IMG/VR virus record: IMGVR_UViG_3300010885_055091
Span: 62,001 to 126,000 of that record
Length of the DNA: 64,000 bases
Direction: 5' to 3' (one strand)
Source: an uncultured virus (IMG/VR IMGVR_UViG_3300010885_055091)
Taxonomy: Duplodnaviria > Heunggongvirae > Uroviricota > Caudoviricetes
Positions 41,107 to 49,441 of the stretch are shown piece by piece. The position numbers were made by a program, and so were the translations under genes. Numbering within the stretch: position 1 is the stretch's first letter; every line of letters starts with the position of its first letter. The notes beneath the pieces were generated by a model, which had not been told where the DNA came from, made no database searches, and saw nothing but the letters and a program-made list of their open reading frames with translations.

Positions 41107-41361
41107 CTACTCATCATATCTTTCTATTGAACAGCTATCAGTAATTATCACGTAAGCTCGTGGGGCGTCTTTCTCTTGAATTACTCCCGCAACTTCGTTA
41201 CCGCAAGAACATTTAACCACCACTCTGCGACATAGGGGGTCGTGTCTTTGGGACCCAGCAGGCCTTACAATTATGGCAGATTTTCTGACCCTAAGCATAT
41301 TGGGATCCAAATTTATTCTTATATATTTAATTGAGTCTCTCGGGTCAAGATCCACTATCAT
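41107..41361 (-). CDS. Hypothetical protein
   Basis: 84-aa ORF directly after ruvB. Confidence 0.5.
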   Translation of the reverse strand: MIVDLDPRDSIKYIRINLDPNMLRVRKSAIIVRPAGSQRHDPLCRRVVVKCSCGNEVAGVIQEKDAPRAYVIITDSCSIERYDE

Positions 41362-41363
41362 GA

Positions 41364-42311
41364 TCAGTTATATTTTTCGACATGATTAATGCCTGATTTA
41401 GTAATTACTCTTCCCGAACTTATTTTGTTTACGAACCCTGAATGAATTAGGAAAGGTTCAATCACAGACTCAATAGTGTCTGAATCGATATTAATGGAAG
41501 CGGAAATTGTATTCAATCCGACAGGTTTATTCATATTACGAAGTAAACGCAGATAGTGGCGTGAATTCTTATCTAGTCCTAACTCATCAATCCCTAGGTG
41601 TTCACACACTCTTCCGACAATTTCTTGATCGATATTTGTAAATGAATAAGCCAGCGCAAAGTCTTGAATTCTACGAATTAATCTGTTAGCGATCCGAGGA
41701 GTACCCTTGCATCGTTTGGCAAGTTCTAAAGAAGCATCCTGACTAATGGTTAATTCTAGCTTTTCCATATTATGAGAAATGATGGTAGCCATATCATGGT
41801 CTGAATAAGGTTCCATCTGAAGAATCTCACCAAATCTGTCTAGAAGAGGTTTTGATATCTTCCCTGGAACGGTAGTAGCGCCCACCAAAGTAAAGGGTTC
41901 TAATTCAATACAGATAGTTTCTCCGTTTGCGATAATGTCTAACTTAAAATCCTCCATAGCTGTATAAAGTATTTCTTCAATTTTCGGGTTCAATGCATGA
42001 ATTTCGTCAATAAATAAGATATCTTTATTTCCAAGACTAGCAATCGCTGATATTAAGTCACCTTTATTCTGGATAGTAGCGGCATTAATGGTATGTAAAG
42101 TAGCACCGATTTCACAAGACAATGCATTAGCCAACGAGGTTTTACCTAAACCTGATGGTCCTGAAATCAAGATATGATCAACCGGAGCATTCCGCTTCTT
42201 TGCAGAAGCTACAAAAACGCGCAAGTTGTCAATAATGTGCGCCTGACCAATGTAATTGGAAAAATCAGTGGGTCTAAGGGCTCGGTCGTGCTTCATGAAG
42301 GAATGACTCAT
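41364..42311 (-). CDS. ruvB: Holliday junction branch-migration motor RuvB
   Basis: LRPTDF..YIGQ, GPSGLGKT, FIDEIH, AMEDF, GATT, LDRFG, GTPRIANRL. Confidence 0.95.
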   Translation of the reverse strand: MSHSFMKHDRALRPTDFSNYIGQAHIIDNLRVFVASAKKRNAPVDHILISGPSGLGKTSLANALSCEIGATLHTINAATIQNKGDLISAIASLGNKDILFIDEIHALNPKIEEILYTAMEDFKLDIIANGETICIELEPFTLVGATTVPGKISKPLLDRFGEILQMEPYSDHDMATIISHNMEKLELTISQDASLELAKRCKGTPRIANRLIRRIQDFALAYSFTNIDQEIVGRVCEHLGIDELGLDKNSRHYLRLLRNMNKPVGLNTISASINIDSDTIESVIEPFLIHSGFVNKISSGRVITKSGINHVEKYN

Positions 42312-42326
42312 CTAATGGATGAATTT

Positions 42327-42521
42327 TCACATGGCATGAACAGCGTTTAAAATACCTAATTTACAATTATTCCTATAAGGGGATTGTATATTTGGTATGA
42401 TGTTTGACGTTTTGGTTTTGTCTTCAGGATGACCCAGTACTCCGCATTTTTGACATTTATACGTCAAATTACTGCCTCTTAGTAATTCCCACTCATGTTC
42501 AGTTTCCATCAGTATCCCCAA
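42327..42521 (-). CDS. Small Zn-ribbon hypothetical protein
   Basis: HEW...CQKCG. Confidence 0.45.
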   Translation of the reverse strand: MGILMETEHEWELLRGSNLTYKCQKCGVLGHPEDKTKTSNIIPNIQSPYRNNCKLGILNAVHAM

Positions 42522-43485
42522 AATATTCTTTGACCATGAGGTTACCGTAGTGTCTAGCTCTGGACTTTATTTTCCTAAAACAGTCTGTTTCTATCTGCCG
42601 AATTCGTTCTCGGCTTAAATCTAATATCCCTCCTATTTCCTCAAGAGTACATGGCTCTTTACCATTAAGTCCATAACGATGGGTAAGAACTAGTTGCTCC
42701 TTCTGACTAAGAAATTTAAGTATCTCACTTATTACAGCAGATTTTTCTGTGGATTCATAAGAGTTATCAGGTTCCGAATCATGACTGACCAGTAAATCTC
42801 CTACAGTGATTTCTGAGTTAAAACTAATTTTATCATCAAATGATTTTATTCTGATTCTTGACGCTTCTAAAATTCTGTTATTTAGATTTTTAGATTTTAT
42901 GATTTCTTCGATATTCTCACCTCCATTTTCGGAAAAGGATTTATGACTTTCTTTCTTGATCTGACTTAATTTATCACATATGTTCGTTGGTATTCGAATA
43001 GTGCTTATGTTATTTTCTTGATATCTACCAATTGCTTGTCTTATCCACCATGAAGCATAAGTACTAAACTTATATCCCAATTCTTGGTTAAATCTCAGTA
43101 CCGCTTGAATCAGTCCGATAGACCCCTCTTGGTAGTATTCTTCATAATCTATGCTAGTGGTACCCCTTTTACACCATTTTCTTGTCCAATAAGCTACCAG
43201 TGGGAGATTTTGTCTCACGCATTCTCGTAAAACGTTGTCCTTATCTATTTTTAGACTGCGGTACTTTTCAGTCCATGAATCATTAGATTTACTAGCTACG
43301 GAGTCTGCTTCCTTTACAAGAGAGTCTATCCATTCTCTTGCGTGGGCGGAATACCTTTTTTCCTTAATATCAGACAGACTTGGCAATTCTTGGCGATATG
43401 TCTTAAAGCAGTCTAAATCTAAGATATGGTGAATGAATTGCGACTCTAAGTCTGCGAATATTGAGAAATTATTTAAAATCATCAT
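42499..43485 (-). CDS. RpoD/RpoS-like sigma-70 factor
   Basis: QEGSIGLIQAV.RF...GYKFSTYASWWIRQAI; TLEEIG...SRERIRQIE. Confidence 0.92.
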   Translation of the reverse strand: MMILNNFSIFADLESQFIHHILDLDCFKTYRQELPSLSDIKEKRYSAHAREWIDSLVKEADSVASKSNDSWTEKYRSLKIDKDNVLRECVRQNLPLVAYWTRKWCKRGTTSIDYEEYYQEGSIGLIQAVLRFNQELGYKFSTYASWWIRQAIGRYQENNISTIRIPTNICDKLSQIKKESHKSFSENGGENIEEIIKSKNLNNRILEASRIRIKSFDDKISFNSEITVGDLLVSHDSEPDNSYESTEKSAVISEILKFLSQKEQLVLTHRYGLNGKEPCTLEEIGGILDLSRERIRQIETDCFRKIKSRARHYGNLMVKEYFGDTDGN

Positions 43486-43790
43486 ATTGTAGACATATTA
43501 TGGAGAAGGAAGAACCTGTCCCTCATCTTCTTTGAGCCGTTATTTAAAACGAACTTCTCATCTTCTCTAAATTCTGACGTTTCTTGTATAGAAATTTCCA
43601 TTCGAGACGGGATGTGGCCCTTCACAGATATAGCTACGTAGGTGTACTCTCCCGTTTGTATTATATCATCGATTCCCAAATACTCTAATCTAAGATCATC
43701 AGATTCAATCTCTGAAGCACTTTTTATATTATAAACCCCTAGTCCATATGAAAGAATCAATAACTCTCCCGGTTCAAGCCAACCCTTCAT
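43482..43790 (-). CDS. Hypothetical protein
   Basis: GTATTAT-N5-ATG; coupled to the sigma gene. Confidence 0.6.
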   Translation of the reverse strand: MKGWLEPGELLILSYGLGVYNIKSASEIESDDLRLEYLGIDDIIQTGEYTYVAISVKGHIPSRMEISIQETSEFREDEKFVLNNGSKKMRDRFFLLHNMSTI

Positions 43791-43805
43791 ATTATATAAT
43801 ACAGT

Positions 43806-44222
43806 TCAAACCCGTGGCAAATGCCTTAGACCAAATGCATCTTTTAGTAAATTAAGTATTATAACCAAAGAACTAACCGTTTCAGAATCACTTATTTCAT
43901 TTAAGTATGATAAAGCTTCAAGCTCATATGAAATAGATTTGAGTACTAATGATCGAGCTTTATCGTCGTTACCCTTTGCGGATTCGATCTTAGCGTCTCT
44001 CAATAAAACATTCGATTCCTTCCTTATTACATCTACTAAGTCACTCGTCGTAACTTTATGGTCATCATATCTCAGAGATTCTTCATGAGAAGATTCTAAA
44101 CAAGCATTAAGGTAGTCCGAAAGTTTTATCTTATTATCTTTTTCGTTAAGCTCTCTCTCGACTCCTTCTAAAATAGTCAACAGTGGCTCTACAATAGTAA
44201 GCACTATCTTGCGCTGTCTCAT
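43806..44222 (-). CDS. Hypothetical helical protein
   Basis: 138-aa ORF. Confidence 0.55.
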   Translation of the reverse strand: MRQRKIVLTIVEPLLTILEGVERELNEKDNKIKLSDYLNACLESSHEESLRYDDHKVTTSDLVDVIRKESNVLLRDAKIESAKGNDDKARSLVLKSISYELEALSYLNEISDSETVSSLVIILNLLKDAFGLRHLPRV

Positions 44223-44246
44223 CCAGATATAATAATTAAATAAAGT

Positions 44247-44858
44247 TTATTTATATATTTTATTATCCGAACAACATCTCCCGGTAGTCGCATAATCATG
44301 CCAATTGGGGCTGTGCGTAGTGTTTATACTATTACAAACACCTTCTCTTGACCAAAATCCACGGGTCAAAGCGTATTTACCCCTTCCTATTGAAACCCAT
44401 TCTTGGGCCGAGTTTATCATCATTCTTGCTCCAGTCTTTCCTACACACTTTGGATACTGACTCGGTATCGAATACTGATTAAGTCTACTCAATTCTTTTC
44501 CATTTCTACTTGCCACTAAATTCCATTTTGGAGCGATATAATTTCTTATAGAAGGGCAACTCTCCGGTACAGTTCCTTCACAAGCAGAAACCCATTCTTG
44601 GTGACTACATATACGTTTACCTTTGGATTCACAAATGGATTTTAGGTCCCAAGTCATTCCCCCTAGATCTATGTAGTCTTCATATAACGCTGAAATACCC
44701 AGCGTAGGTTTTCTTTCTTCAGACGCATTTATAGGATAAATATCTATACATGTTCCTAGAACAGTGGGCACCATGTCTGTGGGACATGACATCAGATTTA
44801 GACTAGTCCATACTATCCGAATATAATGGATAGCTTCATTTATTTCGAAAATTCCCAT
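44247..44858 (-). CDS. FGE/SUMF1-like (C-type-lectin fold) Cys-rich protein
   Basis: CIDIY, CESKGKRICSHQEWVSACEG, EWV, RG.W, TGRCC. Confidence 0.65.
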   Translation of the reverse strand: MGIFEINEAIHYIRIVWTSLNLMSCPTDMVPTVLGTCIDIYPINASEERKPTLGISALYEDYIDLGGMTWDLKSICESKGKRICSHQEWVSACEGTVPESCPSIRNYIAPKWNLVASRNGKELSRLNQYSIPSQYPKCVGKTGARMMINSAQEWVSIGRGKYALTRGFWSREGVCNSINTTHSPNWHDYATTGRCCSDNKIYK

Positions 44859-44873
44859 AATAACTCACTTTTG

Positions 44874-44960
44874 CGGAGACTGAGAGATTCGAACTCTCGG
44901 TACCATTAATGGTACACATGATTTCCAATCATGCACCTTCGGCCACTCGGTCAAGTCTCC
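44874..44960 (-). tRNA. tRNA-Ser (anticodon GGA), CCA not encoded
   Basis: GGAGACT/AGTCTCC acceptor stem, CATGA-TTGGAAA-TCATG anticodon arm, long variable arm, GTTCGAATC T-loop, G discriminator. Confidence 0.95.
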
Positions 44961-44986
44961 AGTTAAAGTATCAGAAATTACAGTCA

Positions 44987-45814
44987 CTACCCAGTTACTA
45001 GTATCTCTTTCATGGATTTCCTTGAATCTGGGGAACCACCTATACTACGGTTCCCCATTAACATTGTAACTTTACAATCCGAGTATAATGAAATACTTTC
45101 CTCGGAAGCGGAGTTGGATAACAAACACTTTATCCCCCTAGAATTTAAATCCGTAAATAAATCCTTTAATTCAGCGTGATCTTTTTGATGAAACCCTCCA
45201 CTAGTATAATTTGTGAACTTTGCGCTTTTGCTAATAGGAAGATATGGAGGATCAAAATAAATCACGTCTCCCATCCTTGAGGATACGACCGCTTGTTTAA
45301 AATCAGTGGTGGTAAGCTTAGCCTTTTCCAGAGATTTTGATACTTTTTTTAGGTTATCGCTAGATACTATCAGAGGGTCTACATACTTTCCATAAGGGAC
45401 ATTAAACTTTCCCGATTTGTTTACTCTATACAAGCCATTAAAACATGTTTTATTCAGGAATATAAACCTTGCTGCTACCTCAATATCATTTAGGGAATCC
45501 CTAGATAAAGATCTTATATCATAAAAAGATCTTTCTTCATTTTTATATAGAGGCTTTAAGATTTCTTGCAGCAACAAATCTAGATTATACTTTATTACTT
45601 CATATGTCACGATCAATTCTTCATTACTGTCGTTTAGGTATGCTTCTTTTATTAAATTGCGACTACTTAGATAAAAGAATACTGCTCCGCCACCCAAAAA
45701 AGGCTCGTAATAATTAAATGGGGTTATCGGAAAGAGGTCAGTCAGATGGGGAATCATCCTAGATTTACCGCCTGCCCATTTTAGAAATGGTTTTACAGTC
45801 TCACTTTTTGACAT
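44987..45814 (-). CDS. dam: Dam-like DNA adenine methyltransferase
   Basis: KWAGGK, EPFLGGG, FNGLYRVN, DPPY. Confidence 0.92.
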   Translation of the reverse strand: MSKSETVKPFLKWAGGKSRMIPHLTDLFPITPFNYYEPFLGGGAVFFYLSSRNLIKEAYLNDSNEELIVTYEVIKYNLDLLLQEILKPLYKNEERSFYDIRSLSRDSLNDIEVAARFIFLNKTCFNGLYRVNKSGKFNVPYGKYVDPLIVSSDNLKKVSKSLEKAKLTTTDFKQAVVSSRMGDVIYFDPPYLPISKSAKFTNYTSGGFHQKDHAELKDLFTDLNSRGIKCLLSNSASEESISLYSDCKVTMLMGNRSIGGSPDSRKSMKEILVTG

Positions 45815-46301
45815 TTTTCCTTTGTTCTTTTGTAACAGTTTTGTGGCATTTTATACATAGAGTTCGCAAATTGTCCAGGCCAGATTGCCCACCACCATCA
45901 AATACAGGAATTCTATGATCTGCGTGCCATAGAGATTTTTTAGATTCCTTCATTGTAATCCTAAGTAACTGTAAAATATTTACAAAAAAGACGTTGGTCA
46001 GATATTGATCACCATCTTCTTTTTTTGCTTTTCTAGAAATATTTTCTAGTTCTATTTTCTGATATCTTGTATCAGTGAGGCACAACTCACATATTCCTAA
46101 ATCCCTTTCATATAACGTCTCTCTCATATATTTATTATTCGATCTTATTCTCCATTCGTGAACACATGGGTCTGAACAAAAGGTCCTCTTGGGTGGATAA
46201 ACCTCTTTTTTACAGTATCGACAAAATCTATTTCCCGACGAGCTGCGTAACCCCTTTGATTCTTTTTCATTTTCTTTTATTTCTAGACGTCTTTTTTTCA
46301 T
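45801..46301 (-). CDS. HNH endonuclease with Zn fingers
   Basis: CRYC..FCSDPC, RD.GICELC, ADH...NLRTLCIKCH. Confidence 0.85.
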   Translation of the reverse strand: MKKRRLEIKENEKESKGLRSSSGNRFCRYCKKEVYPPKRTFCSDPCVHEWRIRSNNKYMRETLYERDLGICELCLTDTRYQKIELENISRKAKKEDGDQYLTNVFFVNILQLLRITMKESKKSLWHADHRIPVFDGGGQSGLDNLRTLCIKCHKTVTKEQRKNVKK

Positions 46302-46891
46302 ATGTTTGCATTTACGTAAGGCTTCCAAGATTCATATATCATTTCGCATAAAATATCATGGTTCACAATATCGTTCCATGAAGGCCTGACGGGTCTCTTT
46401 CTTAGAATCATGCCAGCCTGTTCAGGGGTTCTATTTCCCTTTTTTGCGTTACATGAATAACAGCAAGTTACTATATTGTCCCATGTAGTTTTACCACCAC
46501 GACTGCGTGGAATGACATGGTCATAATTTAGTTCGTTCTCAGATTTCTTTTTTTCGCAATATTGACATACATATAGATCTCTTTTATATACGTGAGGCCT
46601 AGTGAATGAAACATCGGCTTTTCTGAAAATGTCCTTACGACTCATACAAACAACTGCAGGATTATATATTTTCAGATCACCTTTACCGTCATTCACATTT
46701 CGACCGAAAGCCCTAACCACATGAATGAATTCTTTAAACCTATCACACTTAATTATACCCCATAAATCTTCATTATATTCTAAGACATTGGATATTTTAT
46801 TACTAAATATCATACATATCGCTTTTTGGGAATCTACTATACTCTGCGGTAGATATGATCTAGTGAGTACAAGGGTGTTGGTTGCCGACAT
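46298..46891 (-). CDS. HNH endonuclease (McrA-like)
   Basis: RDLYVCQYC, DHVIPRSRGG, WDNIVTCCYSCN..K. Confidence 0.9.
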   Translation of the reverse strand: MSATNTLVLTRSYLPQSIVDSQKAICMIFSNKISNVLEYNEDLWGIIKCDRFKEFIHVVRAFGRNVNDGKGDLKIYNPAVVCMSRKDIFRKADVSFTRPHVYKRDLYVCQYCEKKKSENELNYDHVIPRSRGGKTTWDNIVTCCYSCNAKKGNRTPEQAGMILRKRPVRPSWNDIVNHDILCEMIYESWKPYVNANI

Positions 46892-47003
46892 GAGATAACA
46901 ACTATACAGTGATCGGGCTTAGAATCCATAAATCTTTTTGTTCCTTCTGAGCCCAGAATTTTTATTGCTTGTCTATTATAGAAAAATCAGAAGATAAAAT
47001 CAA

Positions 47004-47294
47004 ATGACATCATCACAAAATCTCTCTAAGGAAGTCATAACCATAAATGAAAAAGTAGTAAATATTTTAAATTTCACAAATAAAGAAATTAAAGAATTTC
47101 ATGAAGAAGTAGCAAACATGAATTCTGATTCCACAAATGAAATAAGAAAATGTTGGTCAAACAACTTTTATTCCTGCGAAGACTACTTGAAAGACTTTAG
47201 TTACATATCAAATAACAAATATAAAATAGATAAAATGACGCTGGCTTCAAGTCTTTATACTTTGAGCATAATACTTTTAGTTATCTGGTTTTAA
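47004..47294 (+). CDS. Hypothetical protein with C-terminal transmembrane segment
   Basis: Hydrophobic C-terminus. Confidence 0.5.
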   Translation: MTSSQNLSKEVITINEKVVNILNFTNKEIKEFHEEVANMNSDSTNEIRKCWSNNFYSCEDYLKDFSYISNNKYKIDKMTLASSLYTLSIILLVIWF

Positions 47295-47338
47295 TATATC
47301 AGCAGTTTTAATTTTTAGTAAGCTCTCTGCATGAGAGT

Positions 47339-48358
47339 ATGGAATCCACTACAAAAAAATATCTAGTATTTATTAGTGTTATTTTACTACTCATTGGAGT
47401 CATAGTATTCCTACAGAATAAAATAAATAAATTAAAATATACCATAGTAGATCAAAAGTCTCAAAAGACTCTGGATGATGGTGTAGTCAAGAGTGGAAAC
47501 ACCAAGGTAGAGCCAGGGGCTATTGTTGATGCCGGTAAGAATGCAGGAATCCCTATAGATGGAATTAAAACAGATGCTGATGCAAATGGTGAAAAAGTAA
47601 CAGGAATAAACACCACGAATTCAAATAGTAGTGGAGACAAAAAAGTAAATTTATCATCATCTAGGACGGAACCTAGAAAAGACATTCATCCCACCATTAT
47701 CGAAGAACCGCCACACTCCGCGCCTATCGACTGCAGTAAGCTTGTGAAGTGTCCAGATAATCCTGACAAATACGGATACTTTATTAATAAACAAATACTT
47801 AACATTCATGAACCATTTAATAATTTAAATTTACCTTTTGGTGATATGGGATTTAGTGCGTGGCAAGAAAAACCGTGGTCCTATACTATTTTTCCTCGAA
47901 ATTATGAATCTACTATAGTGATAACTGAGAATGAATATGGTAAAAAATCAGCTTATGCTAGGTTCAGCGTCAAAGTAAATGAAAAATCATACGATATTCC
48001 AATTAGCAAGTCACAGCTAATATACTCTGATTTACCATCTACTTGGAATTTGAATCCTAGAATAATGGCTGGCATGTCTGTTGGAGTTGGGATTCCTCTA
48101 TCATTTGTGTGGGGTCCTTCTCTTGGAGTCACAATAGGCAGCTATGGAAGATATATAAGTTCACCCGATTGGTTTTTTGGAATTATATCCGTAGGATATG
48201 AAATTAATCAAAGGAACATATTCTTATCTGTAGATCCTGTTTTATATAAAATAAGCAATCACATTCCTTTTACAAATAACCTTTATATCGGCCCCACTTT
48301 GGGAATCGATATGAGCGGGAATTTTATCGGATCAGCATCTCTAAAACTTGCCTTTTGA
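47339..48358 (+). CDS. Membrane-anchored protein with beta-rich C-terminus
   Basis: N-terminal TM helix; alternating beta pattern ending ...ASLKLAF. Confidence 0.65.
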   Translation: MESTTKKYLVFISVILLLIGVIVFLQNKINKLKYTIVDQKSQKTLDDGVVKSGNTKVEPGAIVDAGKNAGIPIDGIKTDADANGEKVTGINTTNSNSSGDKKVNLSSSRTEPRKDIHPTIIEEPPHSAPIDCSKLVKCPDNPDKYGYFINKQILNIHEPFNNLNLPFGDMGFSAWQEKPWSYTIFPRNYESTIVITENEYGKKSAYARFSVKVNEKSYDIPISKSQLIYSDLPSTWNLNPRIMAGMSVGVGIPLSFVWGPSLGVTIGSYGRYISSPDWFFGIISVGYEINQRNIFLSVDPVLYKISNHIPFTNNLYIGPTLGIDMSGNFIGSASLKLAF

Positions 48359-48574
48359 GTGACCCCTAAACACAATCAATCCATGAGATAAGTCGTATGG
48401 AGATAAAGCCACTCTTACCGGGTCTCCCACAATTACCCGTATACGATTTTGCCTCATTTTACCATTTAATCGGCCTACAACAGGAGGCCCTCCATTTTTT
48501 AAATCAATTCTAAATATTCCGCCATTAGAATCCAATACTACACCATCAAACTCAATGTGATCTTCTCTAGGCAT
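48341..48574 (-). CDS. infA: Translation initiation factor IF-1
   Basis: IEFDGVV, GKMRQNRIRVIVGD.V.V.LSPYDL..G.I.FR. Confidence 0.93.
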   Translation of the reverse strand: MPREDHIEFDGVVLDSNGGIFRIDLKNGGPPVVGRLNGKMRQNRIRVIVGDPVRVALSPYDLSHGLIVFRGHSKGKF

Positions 48575-48641
48575 ACTCTGTAGGGTACATTACCAAATTG
48601 TTTGGCTGTTAGATAGGTGTTTAATCAGGATTGAAACTAAA

Positions 48642-49433
48642 ATGACAACTACTGTAGGAGTAGAAAAATTAATTTCTGGATCCCCAGAAATTATTCTGGC
48701 ATCTGTTATAATCAGTTCAGATGCTGTATTAGTGGACCCCCTCGGCGTTTTTAATTCTAATCAGACGCAAACCCAGATAGAATCTACACTTGGTATCTCT
48801 CTTAGAGACTATAATCTTATCCAGCTCTCTTTGTATCCCATAATATCCCCAAATGGAATATATACCTATAACTATTCCACCAGGTACACCCAAATTGGGG
48901 TACTGAATCAAAATCTCTTACAATTTCAGGGTATACCTGGAATACCGGGCCAGATAGGTCCTCATGGTCCTTTTGGACCCGTGGGGCCAACTGGTCCTCT
49001 AGGAATAGGAGAGGGTGGGCCAACTGGTTCTACTGGCCCAGCAGGTTCTGGAATAATTCAAGAAATATCTTTTACTTTGAGCGGAGAGTACTCTACTATT
49101 GTTACTCCCGGAACCTTTGATCCCCCATACTTGGTAGTAAACCCGTTTACAATATCCTCTGTGGATGCAATAAGAAGAACCAGCGGTAGTGCTGGTGTTA
49201 CTTCCATAGATGTGGTCAAGAAGATGAATGCTGGTGATCCAGGAGTCAGCATTTTACCATCTCCTTTGACTATTTCTAGCGGGATGGATTATGATGTTTC
49301 TTCTACTTCAGTCTTTTTAGATTCTAACTTCACGGTTGGCAATATAATAGAAGTAAAAATATTGTCCGTTGAATCTTATTTAGCAGGTCCCCCTGAGGGT
49401 CCTGAAGGAATAAGAATTGTCATTCGCACTTGA
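48642..49433 (+). CDS. Collagen-like (Gly-X-Y) probable virion protein
   Basis: GIPGIPGQIGPHGPFGPVGPTGP. Confidence 0.7.
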   Translation: MTTTVGVEKLISGSPEIILASVIISSDAVLVDPLGVFNSNQTQTQIESTLGISLRDYNLIQLSLYPIISPNGIYTYNYSTRYTQIGVLNQNLLQFQGIPGIPGQIGPHGPFGPVGPTGPLGIGEGGPTGSTGPAGSGIIQEISFTLSGEYSTIVTPGTFDPPYLVVNPFTISSVDAIRRTSGSAGVTSIDVVKKMNAGDPGVSILPSPLTISSGMDYDVSSTSVFLDSNFTVGNIIEVKILSVESYLAGPPEGPEGIRIVIRT

Positions 49434-49441
49434 GGTAAAAA

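Noticed and set aside
44247..44858. FGE/C-lectin fold as a diversity-generating retroelement target
   Set aside because: No reverse transcriptase and no adenine-variant template repeat seen in the window.
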